Position numbers and translations under genes: made by a program. A stretch of DNA of 64,000 nt from an uncultured Bacilli bacterium. Lineage in GTDB: Bacteria; Bacillota_I; Bacilli_A; RF39; UBA660. The notes under the pieces are model-generated. The model saw only the letters and a list, made by a program, of their open reading frames with translations, was not told the origin of the DNA and did not search any database. Below, one piece after another: positions 9,565 through 20,202 of the stretch (positions are counted from its first letter, which is position 1; the number at the start of each line of letters is the position of its first letter). The stretch spans positions 3,187 to 67,186 of the forward strand of contig CALVRJ010000002.1 in NCBI GenBank assembly GCA_944358545.1. The letters are read 5' to 3'.

Positions 9565-10482
9565 TTATTTGCCTTCTTTAAGTCTATCCGCTACCTCACC
9601 TATTTTTTTAAACCTATAATATAAACTAGATTTTGAAGTCTTACTTTCCGTTTCCATACTTATAATTTCCGCAAGTTCTAAAAGAGAAGCCTCCGGATAC
9701 TTTAATCTATAATCTGCCGCTATCTTTTCTTTTTCACTTAAAACATCTAAATTACCATTTTCTATAATAAAGTTTATATCTTTAACCTGATTTAAAGCCG
9801 TCTCTATTGCTCTATCAACATTAGCTTGTTCACAATTGTTAAGTCTATTTGTCATGTTTTTATGATCTCTATATATCCTTATATCCTCATAATATAAAAC
9901 AGCTTTCATCGCTCCAATCATTCTTAAAAAATCACCAATTTTCTCCGCTCCCTTAACGTAAACCATATAGTGATTTTCCCTATGCAAAATCTTACTATTT
10001 AAATTGAAACTATTAAGCAATTTCTTTATAAATTCCGCATATTCTAAAACATTTAAATTAAATTCCAAATGGTACCTAGCCGTCTTCGGGTCGTTAATAC
10101 TTCCCGATGTTAAAAATACGCCTCTTAAATAAGCTCTAGTTAAACCTTCATCGGCCCATATAAATTCTGCGGGAACAAATTCGTTTATTCCAAGATTTTT
10201 CAGTACTTTATCCTTGTTTTCTAAAACCTCTACAATATAAAGATATTTTTTATTATAATTATATCCTTTGCGCACTGTAATTTTAGGATATATTCCAAAT
10301 AAATCCTTAATTAAAGAATATATTCTTCTTGCCACCCCATTACTTTCAGTTACTACTCTAATATTACTACCATCGAAAGAAGAGCCAATAATTCCTGAAA
10401 GTTCCGAAATATTATCCGCTTTATCTAATTTTAAAGTACATACTTCTTCCTTAACTTCACTAGTAAATGACATACAAATCAC
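9565..10482 (-). CDS. whiA: DNA-binding sporulation/cell-division regulator WhiA
   Basis: 305 aa; LAGLIDADG-like N-terminal domains plus C-terminal HTH; yvcK-whiA synteny. Confidence 0.85.
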   Translation of the reverse strand: MICMSFTSEVKEEVCTLKLDKADNISELSGIIGSSFDGSNIRVVTESNGVARRIYSLIKDLFGIYPKITVRKGYNYNKKYLYIVEVLENKDKVLKNLGINEFVPAEFIWADEGLTRAYLRGVFLTSGSINDPKTARYHLEFNLNVLEYAEFIKKLLNSFNLNSKILHRENHYMVYVKGAEKIGDFLRMIGAMKAVLYYEDIRIYRDHKNMTNRLNNCEQANVDRAIETALNQVKDINFIIENGNLDVLSEKEKIAADYRLKYPEASLLELAEIISMETESKTSKSSLYYRFKKIGEVADRLKEGK

Positions 10483-11435
10483 CTCTTATCTAATAAATAT
10501 GAAAGCATATCTAAAGATACCCTTAAAGTATTATGCCTAATCGCCCCATTTTCTAAAGTGATGTAGTCATTCTCAATCGCCTCAACTTTATATTTCTTTA
10601 AATTTTCTTTGTCATATACAACCAAATCTTTTTGTTCAGCCGTCGCATAATTCTCAACTATTTTTTCATCTACTTTACCAGTATTTACAACAACTGCATC
10701 GACTTTTCTTTTTCCTAAATAACTATTTAAAAGTTTAATATGGTCACTCACCTTAAAATTATCTGTTTCTCCAGGCTGAGTCATAATATTACATACATAA
10801 ATAATTTTTGCTTTACTCTTATCAATCTCACTCTTAACCTCATCACAAAGCAAATTAGGAATTATTGAAGTAAACAAACTACCCATACTTAAAACAATCG
10901 CATCCGCATGACGAATAGCCTTTAAAACATCTAAATTAACCTTTGGGTGTTTTTTATAATAAACCTTTTTAATTCCTTTCCCACTTTCGGTTATATTATG
11001 TTCTCCAACTACAGTTGAACCATCTAGCATCTTCCCAACTAAAGTAACATTATCTTCCGTAAGCGGAATTACTTCGCCTTTTAATTTTAAAATAGAACCA
11101 ATTAAAGAAATACCATCAGAAATATTTCCTTCAGTTTCCGCTGCCCCAATCAAAAGTAAATTTCCAAGTGGATGACCATTTAAATCACTATATGTATTAA
11201 ATCTATAATCTAAAAGTCTTCTAACCGCATCCTCATTTTCCGCTAAACTAATTAAAACTTTTCTAATATCTCCAACAGCTGGCGTATTAAATTCTTTTCT
11301 AAGTCTTCCCGTACTACTGCCATCATCACACACCGAAACAATTGCTGAAATATCAAAAGGTAACTTTTTAAGACCTCTAAGTAAAGTACTAAGACCAGTT
11401 CCTCCACCTAAAACTGCAATTTTCATCTTTATCAT
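10479..11435 (-). CDS. yvcK: Gluconeogenesis factor YvcK (UPF0052, CofD-like)
   Basis: MKIAVLGGGTGLSTLLRGLK N-terminus, typical length, 4-nt overlap with whiA. Confidence 0.85.
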   Translation of the reverse strand: MIKMKIAVLGGGTGLSTLLRGLKKLPFDISAIVSVCDDGSSTGRLRKEFNTPAVGDIRKVLISLAENEDAVRRLLDYRFNTYSDLNGHPLGNLLLIGAAETEGNISDGISLIGSILKLKGEVIPLTEDNVTLVGKMLDGSTVVGEHNITESGKGIKKVYYKKHPKVNLDVLKAIRHADAIVLSMGSLFTSIIPNLLCDEVKSEIDKSKAKIIYVCNIMTQPGETDNFKVSDHIKLLNSYLGKRKVDAVVVNTGKVDEKIVENYATAEQKDLVVYDKENLKKYKVEAIENDYITLENGAIRHNTLRVSLDMLSYLLDKR

Positions 11436-12316
11436 TCCTTCCCTGAAATCGTTAAAGCCGCAATTGCCCCGTCACTAGTAGCTGTAACAATTTGATAATA
11501 ATCTTTTTTTATAATGTCTCCTGCCCCATATATTCCTTTCACATTACTTTCCATTTTATTATTGACAATTAAATAACCATTATCCATTTCTAATCCTAAA
11601 CTATTCACATAAATTAAATTTGGCTTTCCACCTATCGCATAAAAAATGCCATCTAACTGTATTTCACTTCCATTATCAAGTAAAATTCCTTCAATCTTTT
11701 CATTATAAATTAACTTAGTAACCTTAGCCGGCTTAATAATCGTTACGTTTTCCTTTGTTTTTAGTCTTTGAACCAAAACAGAAGAAGCCTTTATTTCACC
11801 CCTTACAATAAGATAGACTTTTTTAGCCAAGCTTGCCATATAAATTGCATCAGTTAAAGCTGTATCACCACCACCGATAATCGCAACAACTTTATCTTTA
11901 TAAAAACTACCATCACAAGGCGCACAAAAACTTATACCTCTAGAAGTAAATTTCTCTTCGCCCTCAAGACCAAGCTTATTTGGAATCCGGCCAGTTGCTA
12001 AAATAACATTATCCGTCATAATTTCTTCATCTTTTAACTTAACTATAAATTTCTTCTCTTTAATAATATCTAAAACTTCATTAAACTCTATTTTTATTCC
12101 TAAATCTTTTAATTGATTATTCATTTTCATCGCTAAATCAGGGCCAGCCACATTACTCACTCCAGGATAATTTTCAATCACACTTGTCTTTAAAAGCTCC
12201 CCACCCGGGGCCCCTTTATCGACAATTACAAAATCAATACCAGCTCTTTTCAAATAAATTGCCGCTGTCATACCGGCTGGACCAGCCCCAACAATTACAC
12301 ATTTGACGCGTCGCAT
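11432..12316 (-). CDS. trxB: Thioredoxin-disulfide reductase
   Basis: FAD GxGxxG (VIVGAGPAGMTAA), redox CAPC motif (CAPCDG), NADPH GGGDTAL motif. Confidence 0.8.
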   Translation of the reverse strand: MRRVKCVIVGAGPAGMTAAIYLKRAGIDFVIVDKGAPGGELLKTSVIENYPGVSNVAGPDLAMKMNNQLKDLGIKIEFNEVLDIIKEKKFIVKLKDEEIMTDNVILATGRIPNKLGLEGEEKFTSRGISFCAPCDGSFYKDKVVAIIGGGDTALTDAIYMASLAKKVYLIVRGEIKASSVLVQRLKTKENVTIIKPAKVTKLIYNEKIEGILLDNGSEIQLDGIFYAIGGKPNLIYVNSLGLEMDNGYLIVNNKMESNVKGIYGAGDIIKKDYYQIVTATSDGAIAALTISGKE

Positions 12317-13140
12317 TTAACCATCTCCTCATTATAATTTTTATTTTTTCTAAAACTCCAAACAAGTAAAACTATACCTGCTATAAACATAATAATTGAA
12401 ACAACCTGAGCCATTTTTATCGGTCCAAACATCAAACTATCGGTCCTAAGTCCTTCGATAAAAAATCTTTCAAAACCATACCACATCAAATAAAAACTTG
12501 TCAAATAACCTATTTTCATAAATTTTCTATGTCTAATTAATATCATAATTATAAATCCAATCAAACACCAAAGAGACTCATACAAAAACGTTGGGATATA
12601 ATAATTACCACCTATATTCATTCCCTCGATAATAAATTTTGGAAGATGCAAACTTTCTAAATAACTTAAAGTTGTAATCGGACCATGAGCTTCGCCATTA
12701 AAGAAATTACCCCACCGGCCAATCGCTTGACCTACAATCGCCCCGACAACAATAAAATCAAGCATTTTTAAACTACTAACCTTATTATTGTGACACATTA
12801 TTAAAATACAAATAAGTGCGGCAATTATTCCCCCGTGAATAGCTAAGCCACCTTCCCAAACTTTAAATATATCCAAAGGATTATCTTTATAATAATCAAA
12901 ATTAAATATTACAAAATATATTCTAGCGCCTATTATTCCAAAAACAATTCCGAAAAAAAGCAAATTAATCGTAAAATTTTCTGAAATACCATGTCTTTTA
13001 GCTTCTCTAATAACCAAATTTGAACCAAGTAAAATTCCAATAAAAAGACATATTGAATAAATATGAATTGAAATAAACCCTAAATTAATCACTGGATCCA
13101 TAAAGTTCCGCCTTTCCCTTATCGATAATATCATCGACAA
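12295..13140 (-). CDS. lgt: Prolipoprotein diacylglyceryl transferase
   Basis: Lgt signature GQAIGRWGNFFNGEAHG, 7 TM helices. Confidence 0.85.
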   Translation of the reverse strand: MSMILSIRERRNFMDPVINLGFISIHIYSICLFIGILLGSNLVIREAKRHGISENFTINLLFFGIVFGIIGARIYFVIFNFDYYKDNPLDIFKVWEGGLAIHGGIIAALICILIMCHNNKVSSLKMLDFIVVGAIVGQAIGRWGNFFNGEAHGPITTLSYLESLHLPKFIIEGMNIGGNYYIPTFLYESLWCLIGFIIMILIRHRKFMKIGYLTSFYLMWYGFERFFIEGLRTDSLMFGPIKMAQVVSIIMFIAGIVLLVWSFRKNKNYNEEMVKCDASNV

Positions 13141-13513
13141 TAATATTCATAATTGAAATTAAAACTGAGGCAATTAAAGCAAACCAAATACCATAAATTT
13201 CAAAATGACCAGCTAAAATTAAACTGACAATTTTTAAAATAAATAAATTTATAAAAGGATAAAAAAGTCCCATTGTAAGTCCTGTAATTGGAATAGTAAG
13301 CCACACTAAAAAAGGCTTTATCGTTTTATTTAAAAGAAAAACTAAAATTGCTGCTAAAATTCCCCATAGTCCATAATTAGTATTATCGATATAAAGCGTA
13401 TTTTCAAAAACGATTGACGTTCCCATTAAAATAAGCGTGTACCCGACAATCTTAATTATTAAATCAAATATCTTATATACAAATAAAGTAGTTTTTACCT
13501 TTTTACTAGCCAT
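13085..13513 (-). CDS. DUF360/YvlD-like 4-TM membrane protein (phage-holin-4-like fold)
   Basis: 142 aa with four hydrophobic helices; lgt-yvoD-like synteny. Confidence 0.45.
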   Translation of the reverse strand: MASKKVKTTLFVYKIFDLIIKIVGYTLILMGTSIVFENTLYIDNTNYGLWGILAAILVFLLNKTIKPFLVWLTIPITGLTMGLFYPFINLFILKIVSLILAGHFEIYGIWFALIASVLISIMNIIVDDIIDKGKAELYGSSD

Positions 13514-13749
13514 CTTTTATAATAGGAAAACCTATTATCCTCCCTTCTTCTCTAATCAGAAAAGCCTTAACGGTTATACCTATTATACCATATTCAAAGA
13601 AAAATAAAAAAAATATAACTTTTTCAAAATAAAAAAAGGAAATTAAAGAAAAACATCGTATATATATCTATAGAGATGAATAATCAAGTAACCTAAAACT
13701 TCCAAAACGATACAAGCTAGTTACCATTATTCATCTTTAAATAAATTTG

Positions 13750-13779
13750 TAAAAAAAGAGCCAATAATTATTCGCTCTT
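13750..13779 (-). terminator. uvrB terminator overlapping the stop codon
   Basis: AAGAGC(GAATAATTATTG)GCTCTT hairpin followed by T7 on the minus strand. Confidence 0.5.
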
Positions 13780-15720
13780 CATTTCAAATAAAACATCCCT
13801 AAGTTCCATCGCTCTTTCAAAGTCTAAATTCTTCGCAGCTTCCTTCATTTCTCTTTCAATATTATTCATAAGTTCTTGCTTATCTTTCTTACTCATCTTT
13901 TCCTTCTTCGCTTCAGGAGCTTTTTGTTTATTAGTAACCACATCTCTAATCTCTTTAACAATAGTTTTTGGTACAATTCCATGTTCCTTATTATAAACTT
14001 CCTGAATTCTTCTTCTTCTCTCTGTCTCACTAATAGCTGCCTTCATTGAATCACTCATTATATCCGCATACATAATAACTCTACCATTCGCATTTCTGGC
14101 TGCCCTTCCTATTGTCTGAATTAAACTTCTCTCACTACGTAAAAATCCTTGTTTATCCGCATCTAATATTGCAATTAAACTAACTTCCGGAATATCGATT
14201 CCTTCTCTAAGCAGGTTAATTCCGACAACCACATCATATTTACCAAGTCTTAAATCACGAATAATTTCTAATCTCTCTAAAGTTTTAATCTCATTGTGCA
14301 AATAAGCAACTTTAATATCTAATTTTTTCAAGTAAGCCGTAAGCTCTTCGGCCATTCTGATTGTCAAAGTCGTAATCAAAGTACGTTCATTCTTTTCAAT
14401 CTGTTTATTAATCTGACTTACTAAATCATCAATTTGATTTTCCGTCGGCTTAACCTCAATTTTTGGATCAAGTAAACCTGTCGGCCTAATAATTTGTTCA
14501 ACAACTTTATGATGACATTTTTCAAGCTCATAATCTCCAGGCGTCGCTGAAACATATATCGCATAATCAATCTTTTTCTCAAACTCATCAAACTTAAGTG
14601 GTCTATTATCTAATGCACTAGGAAGTCTAAAACCATAATCTACTAGAGATTGCTTTCGCATCCGGTCTCCATTATACATAGCTCTAACCTGTGGTAAAGT
14701 AACATGAGATTCATCAACAACTAATAAAAAATCATCGCCAAAAAAATCAATTAATGTCGTTGGTGTCTCACCAGGACCTCTCAAAGCTAAATGTCTTGAA
14801 TAATTTTCCACACCTCTACAAAAACCAGTTTCTGAAAGCATCTCTATATCGTAATTAGTTCTTTCCTTAAGTCTCTGATATTCAAGCAATTTATTTTCAC
14901 TTTGAAACTTTTCAAGCTGTTCTTCTAACTCTTTTTTTATTCTTTCAATTGCTATCTTTAACTTACCCTCACTAGTTACAAAGTGACTAGCCGGAAATAA
15001 AGTATAAGTCTTTTTATCATCAGTAATCGTTCCAGTAACCAAATCAAATTCACAAATTCTATCGATTTCGTCTCCAAAAAATTCAATTCTAACCCCCTTA
15101 GAATGCTGACCAATTGGAATAATTTCTAAAACATCCCCTCTTACTCTAAAAGTTCCTCTCTTCAAATCTATATTATTTCGCTCATAAAGCATATCGATTA
15201 ACTTTTCAATTATCTTATCTCTATCGACATTTTCCCCAACACTAAAAAATAGCGTTTTATCTTTATAATCTTCAATTTCCCCAATACCATAAATACAAGA
15301 AACTGAAGCTACAACAATAACATCTTTTCTCGAAATTAAAGCTGCAGTTGCCGCGTGTCTAAGTTCATCTATTTCATCATTAATCGATGCATCCTTTTCA
15401 ATATAAGTATCAGTCTTAGCTACATAAGCTTCCGGCTGATAATAATCATAATATGAAACAAAGTACTCGACGGCGTTTTCCGGAAATAATTCCTTTAATT
15501 CCGCATATAACTGTCCAGCTAAAGTTTTATTATGAGCTAAAACTAAAGTAGGCTTCTGAACTCTTTCGATTACATTGGCAATTGTAAAAGTTTTACCAGT
15601 ACCCGTCGCCCCAAGTAATACTTGATTTTTCTTACCTTCTTCAATTCCTTCTACTAATTTATCTATTGCCTGTGGCTGATCACCACTAGGTTTAAACTTT
15701 GAATGAATCTTAAATTTCAT
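13768..15720 (-). CDS. uvrB: Excinuclease ABC subunit B (intact)
   Basis: 650 aa; Walker A GATGTGKT, helicase motifs, C-terminal UVR domain ([13 protein letters not shown]). Confidence 0.95.
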   Translation of the reverse strand: MKFKIHSKFKPSGDQPQAIDKLVEGIEEGKKNQVLLGATGTGKTFTIANVIERVQKPTLVLAHNKTLAGQLYAELKELFPENAVEYFVSYYDYYQPEAYVAKTDTYIEKDASINDEIDELRHAATAALISRKDVIVVASVSCIYGIGEIEDYKDKTLFFSVGENVDRDKIIEKLIDMLYERNNIDLKRGTFRVRGDVLEIIPIGQHSKGVRIEFFGDEIDRICEFDLVTGTITDDKKTYTLFPASHFVTSEGKLKIAIERIKKELEEQLEKFQSENKLLEYQRLKERTNYDIEMLSETGFCRGVENYSRHLALRGPGETPTTLIDFFGDDFLLVVDESHVTLPQVRAMYNGDRMRKQSLVDYGFRLPSALDNRPLKFDEFEKKIDYAIYVSATPGDYELEKCHHKVVEQIIRPTGLLDPKIEVKPTENQIDDLVSQINKQIEKNERTLITTLTIRMAEELTAYLKKLDIKVAYLHNEIKTLERLEIIRDLRLGKYDVVVGINLLREGIDIPEVSLIAILDADKQGFLRSERSLIQTIGRAARNANGRVIMYADIMSDSMKAAISETERRRRIQEVYNKEHGIVPKTIVKEIRDVVTNKQKAPEAKKEKMSKKDKQELMNNIEREMKEAAKNLDFERAMELRDVLFEMKSE

Positions 15721-15837
15721 CTAATAAACGCCTCCTTATTATGATTACTATCAACCACAAAATTCGTTACAAAATAGCCTCAAATTCGTTGCCTAAATTA
15801 AAAAAATTAACTTTTAATTATCAAAATTCTCGTTGCA

Positions 15838-15858
15838 ACACATAAAAGTCACAAACTT
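15838..15858. repeat. Left copy of exact 21-bp direct repeat ACACATAAAAGTCACAAACTT (candidate attL core)
   Basis: Identical 21-mer at 43995-44015; sits between the uvrB start and the integrase genes. Confidence 0.6.
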
Positions 15859-15968
15859 ACTAAAAAACACTAAGCAAACTTAAATAATATTAAACAAACT
15901 AAATAATCTAAGTAACTTCAAACTATTATGTATTTTAACATTTATAAAAATATAAGACAACCATTACA

Positions 15969-17270
15969 CTATACTAAATGTAGCTTTTTAAATACTTTAT
16001 CAAAATTCGTTGCAATATCAACAACACTTTTATTTTCGTTTAAAGGCTTAACAACATCTATATAACTATTTAAAGTATCAGATAAATCAATAACAATACT
16101 ACTTTTATCATAATAAACATCTGTTGTTATTATTGTAGAACCATGCCCTAACATAGCCGACACAGCTTTCACACTAAAGCCTTCATTTAAAAGTCTAGTT
16201 GCATAAGTATGTCTTAAATCGTGAAATCTAATATTTGGAAGATTATTTTCCTTAAGTAATTTCTTAAAATATTTATAATAAAAGCTCTTACTTCTTGGAT
16301 GACCATAAGTTGAACAACATATATAATTTAAATCCAAAAAGGGATTATTTTTATCATTAATTCTTCTACTTCTATTTCTTTCATACTTTTTACGTTCTTC
16401 CACTATTGCATTAAAAACTATATCTGGAATATTTAAAATTCTATCACTATTTTTAGTCTTTAAAGGTATTTCCTGTTTTGTATAAGTTTTCAATTTAAAT
16501 TCTTTTTTATTAGAATTCGAAACTACCCCTAATTGTCTACAAACATGTAATTTTTTATTTACAAAATCCACATCAGAATATTTTAAACCATTTATTTCTT
16601 GTTTTCTAAGCCCCATAATAACAGCAAATAAAACCTGTAAATATATGGGCGTTTCTTTGCTCTTTTCAACCAAAGTAAACACTTGCTCATCATTTAAAAC
16701 CTTAGTTGTGTCAATTTTCAAAAATCCATATTTTCCATAATCAACATTTTTAGATAAATAAATATTTTCTGATGGATCAGAACTAATTAAATCATTTTTC
16801 CTTGCAAATTGTAAAGCACCTTTTAATACTACTCTAAGCAATCTCGCAACAGACTTATGCTTTTCAGCTACTTTATCATAAATGGATTTTATATTATCAG
16901 TATTTATTTGACATAAATTAATATTTTTAAAAAATACATCTAAATAATTATAAACAATATTCTTATAAGACATATAACTATTATAAGTTATTTTAGGTTT
17001 CATAATGTTTTCAAGCCAATAATCAAAAAAATCAATAGCTTTAATTTTATTTTCCACAACATAAGTATGAGTTTCAAGTTGTAAAATTACCTTATTTCTC
17101 TCTTTATTAGCCTCGCTTTTTAAATCAAAACCACTGTGTTGCTTTATTGTAACAGTATCATCTGAAAAAAATAATTTAACTCTAAATCCATATTTATCTT
17201 TTATATTAGTAACAGAATAAACAACATAATTCACATAAGTTTTATACAATAATTTTTCAAGCATTAGCAT
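15969..17270 (-). CDS. Tyrosine site-specific recombinase / integrase 1
   Basis: C-terminal R..HDLRHTYAT...LGH...Y catalytic motifs of the phage integrase family. Confidence 0.8.
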   Translation of the reverse strand: MLMLEKLLYKTYVNYVVYSVTNIKDKYGFRVKLFFSDDTVTIKQHSGFDLKSEANKERNKVILQLETHTYVVENKIKAIDFFDYWLENIMKPKITYNSYMSYKNIVYNYLDVFFKNINLCQINTDNIKSIYDKVAEKHKSVARLLRVVLKGALQFARKNDLISSDPSENIYLSKNVDYGKYGFLKIDTTKVLNDEQVFTLVEKSKETPIYLQVLFAVIMGLRKQEINGLKYSDVDFVNKKLHVCRQLGVVSNSNKKEFKLKTYTKQEIPLKTKNSDRILNIPDIVFNAIVEERKKYERNRSRRINDKNNPFLDLNYICCSTYGHPRSKSFYYKYFKKLLKENNLPNIRFHDLRHTYATRLLNEGFSVKAVSAMLGHGSTIITTDVYYDKSSIVIDLSDTLNSYIDVVKPLNENKSVVDIATNFDKVFKKLHLV

Positions 17271-18462
17271 TTACATCAAATAAATTGTTCATGAATGACA
17301 ATATTTTTTCATCGTCATCCATAACTTCACAATAATATTTAAAAGTAGTATGAATAGATTGATGGCCTAAAAAAGCTGATATTTTTGCAAGATTTTCGCC
17401 AACATTAATTGAAGAATTTTCCAATAATATTGTTGCACACATATGTCTTAAAGCATGAACAGTTATATGAGGTAAACTCAAATCATTACATACTTTTTTT
17501 ATATGTGCATTTAATGAAGTTAATGAATGTGGTCTTCCATCAACACCACAGCTAACATAATCATTATCAACATATTTTTCTTGAAATATTTGTTTATTAA
17601 TATTTACTAATTCACTACGTTTAGATAACTCTTCTAAAACTAAGTTAGGTACTCTAATTGTTCTAAAACTATTTGAAGTTTTCGGATAATGTTCCACCAA
17701 ACGATTTTCAATAACTTTAGACGAACCTTTTATTCGTTTTCCACTTTTAACCAATTGTCTTTCAATTCTCAAAGTTTTATTCTGTAAATCAAAATCGCTA
17801 AATTTTAATGCTAATATTTCACCTTTTCTTAAACCGCAAAATAAAGCTAATAATATTTCTAAATACCAATTAGATTCACTCTCTACCTTCAAAAATTTCA
17901 TTAATTGTTTAGTATTTAATATTTTTATTTTAGGTTTTATCCTTGGATAAGTTTTAGTATCTAAAGCAATATTTTTAGTTACTATTTTTTTCTTTACAGC
18001 AAATTTAAAAGCCATAATTAAAATACTACGAACACCTTGTGCCCCATAATCCACCATTTTTGAAATTTTTAAAAGAAGCTCATCCAAATATGAAGTTGTT
18101 ACCAAACTTAATTTCACATCGTAGTCAATATTAGAAAATATTAAATTATAAATCATATATGCAGAAACAATCTCCGTAGAAAATTCTACTTTTGAAGAAT
18201 AAATTTCTTCAAACCAATAAGTTAAGTAATTTTTAAAAGTTATATCCTTATCTATTTCTTTTTTTTGACTTTTCAACTGTTCCTTAAATTCCCTTTCATG
18301 TTCATAATAAGCAATATCAGATTCTTCCTCAGTTTTATAACCTTTTTTCTTTTTATAAATTGTTTCACCATTTGGTCCAACAACTTTATATCTATGACAC
18401 CATGAAGAATATTCATAAAAAGATATACCGTTTTTTCCTTTATAAATTTTACCTCTACTCAT
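17257..18462 (-). CDS. Tyrosine site-specific recombinase / integrase 2 (overlaps integrase 1 by 14 nt)
   Basis: HALRHMCAT...LGHQSIHTTFKYY catalytic box; N-terminal SAM-like domain. Confidence 0.8.
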   Translation of the reverse strand: MSRGKIYKGKNGISFYEYSSWCHRYKVVGPNGETIYKKKKGYKTEEESDIAYYEHEREFKEQLKSQKKEIDKDITFKNYLTYWFEEIYSSKVEFSTEIVSAYMIYNLIFSNIDYDVKLSLVTTSYLDELLLKISKMVDYGAQGVRSILIMAFKFAVKKKIVTKNIALDTKTYPRIKPKIKILNTKQLMKFLKVESESNWYLEILLALFCGLRKGEILALKFSDFDLQNKTLRIERQLVKSGKRIKGSSKVIENRLVEHYPKTSNSFRTIRVPNLVLEELSKRSELVNINKQIFQEKYVDNDYVSCGVDGRPHSLTSLNAHIKKVCNDLSLPHITVHALRHMCATILLENSSINVGENLAKISAFLGHQSIHTTFKYYCEVMDDDEKILSFMNNLFDVNANA

Positions 18463-18471
18463 AAATTCACC

Positions 18472-18684
18472 CTATTCTAAATCATTTAACCAATTATCAA
18501 AAGATTTCTTAGGAATTTTGTAAAGCTTACCTATCTTTAACACTTTAAAAGGTTTTTGTGTTTTAAAGATTGCATGTATCCAACTATACGCCGTACTTCT
18601 ACCTAATCCCAACATCTTTTGAATGTCTACAACGTCATAGAACAATAAATTACTATTCATGTGGTCACACCATAAAAATAACAA
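18472..18684 (-). CDS. Excisionase/AlpA-like HTH_17 DNA-binding protein
   Basis: 70 aa, DVVDIQKMLGLGRSTAYSWI helix-turn-helix, immediately upstream of the integrases. Confidence 0.5.
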   Translation of the reverse strand: MLFLWCDHMNSNLLFYDVVDIQKMLGLGRSTAYSWIHAIFKTQKPFKVLKIGKLYKIPKKSFDNWLNDLE

Positions 18685-18713
18685 TTATTCATAAAATAAA
18701 CAAAGGTGCAAAT

Positions 18714-18926
18714 TCATTGTTTTGCACCTTTGACATTCTTAAAATGCTGTATTGAATATTTAAAATAAGGTTTATCGTCAAATATTTTATTCATATTAAC
18801 GTCATAATCAGAACATTTATTAATAAAAGATATAACTTTATTTAATGTTTTTACTTCGTTTTTTTCTCTAACTATCATTTTAATTTGTTGTACCTTTTCC
18901 ACAACAACTAAATATTCTTTCATCAC
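18714..18926 (-). CDS. Hypothetical 70-aa protein translationally coupled (ATGA overlap) to mazF; candidate downstream antitoxin
   Basis: 4-nt overlap with the mazF stop; no recognizable domain. Confidence 0.35.
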   Translation of the reverse strand: MMKEYLVVVEKVQQIKMIVREKNEVKTLNKVISFINKCSDYDVNMNKIFDDKPYFKYSIQHFKNVKGAKQ

Positions 18927-19258
18927 ATACCTCCTAAACTCAAAGAAATAACAATAGCTCTATTTATTTCTTTAATTTTTTTATCTGATAACTTACATAC
19001 AAAGAGTTTTAATCTACTTTTATCAATAGCACGTATTTGTTCTAATAAAACATTAGAAGAATATTTAATAAAATTATTCGGCTTTAAATAAACATGTGTT
19101 GGCAAATTAAGAATTTTAGAAGTAATTGGAGCTACAATAGTTGTCGGACTATATCTGTTTCCGACGTTATTTTGAATTATAACAACTGGTCTTGTTCCAC
19201 CTTGTTCACTTCCCTTGACAGGATCTAAATTAGCATAATATATTTCACCTTTTTTCAT
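18923..19258 (-). CDS. mazF: MazF/PemK-family endoribonuclease toxin
   Basis: GEIYYANLDPVKGSEQGGTRPVVIIQNNVGNRYSPTTIVAPITS is the classic PemK/MazF core. Start placed at ATG 19258 (RBS AAGGGGA 7 nt upstream) rather than the track's 19309. Confidence 0.75.
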   Translation of the reverse strand: MKKGEIYYANLDPVKGSEQGGTRPVVIIQNNVGNRYSPTTIVAPITSKILNLPTHVYLKPNNFIKYSSNVLLEQIRAIDKSRLKLFVCKLSDKKIKEINRAIVISLSLGGM

Positions 19259-19728
19259 TAACATTCCCCTTTCAAAAACATCACAAATAAAATATGTAAA
19301 AAAAAACAATAAGAATAATAAAATCCTATTGTTTGTAAATAATCATAATTAAAATTTTCCTCCTCGCCCTAATTAGGGATTTATCAAACGACTAATTGCT
19401 AATTAGTTCCATAGGAATTTCACCTCAACTGTGGTTCTCACAGAGCCGTTCCGATTGATTGAGTCTATCGCTAAACGGAAGTATCATTATACTTTTAATT
19501 TGTCATCGCAAAATTAAGAGCAACTTAATTTTTATAACCAAATATTTATCGCTAACTATTTAATATAGATTACTGCGTATTTGTTAACGTGCTATAATTA
19601 AAAGAACGTATTTGATAAATGCTATTTGATTATCAAAGAACAAACTTATTTCTAAAAAAGAAACAAGTAAAAGGAACTTATCCTTCCAATTGTTTCCTAA
19701 ATAAAGAGTGATTTAACAGACACAAATT

Positions 19729-20202
19729 TTATTTTTTTAATATTTTTTTCAAGTTTTCTAACGCTCGTTTTAAAACAATATGAACAGATTGTTGTGTAGC
19801 ATTCTCTTCTTCAGCTATTTCTCTCTCGGTTTTCTCTTGAAAATAATATTTTTTAATCCTTCTTTTTTGTACATTGGGCAATTTATCTATTGCTTTTTTT
19901 AGCTCTTCAAAAGCACATTTATTAATAACCTCATCTTCTAAACTTATGGACTTATTAATAGCACGACTATTTAAATTATTTTCAAATATTTCAGAATGTT
20001 CAATATGGTTATCATATTCATTCATTTCTGATAAATCTTCTAACTCAAATTTATCTAAAGCATTAAAAATCTCTTCACTTATTTCTACCTTTTGAATAAT
20101 TCCACGACTATCTTTAAAAGACACTATATAAACCTTACAAACATTATCTATTTCAAGTCTATACGGATTATCCTTATACCTTCTTCTTTTAGGTCTTTGC
20201 AA
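19729..20202 (-). CDS. Sigma-70 family region-4 protein (Tn916 Orf7-like conjugative-element regulator)
   Basis: C-terminal region 4 HTH (EREIAEEENATQQSVHIVLKRALENLKK); divergent N-terminus. Confidence 0.55.
   Translation of the reverse strand: MQRPKRRRYKDNPYRLEIDNVCKVYIVSFKDSRGIIQKVEISEEIFNALDKFELEDLSEMNEYDNHIEHSEIFENNLNSRAINKSISLEDEVINKCAFEELKKAIDKLPNVQKRRIKKYYFQEKTEREIAEEENATQQSVHIVLKRALENLKKILKK

Noticed and set aside
19380-19480. GC-richer segment (GAGCCGTT...AACGG) considered as a tRNA, group II intron domain V or tmRNA fragment
   Set aside because: No T-loop/anticodon architecture, no AGC-bulge-GNRA domain V pattern, and no flanking intron domains. It is kept only as an unexplained structured leader (see the MazF finding).
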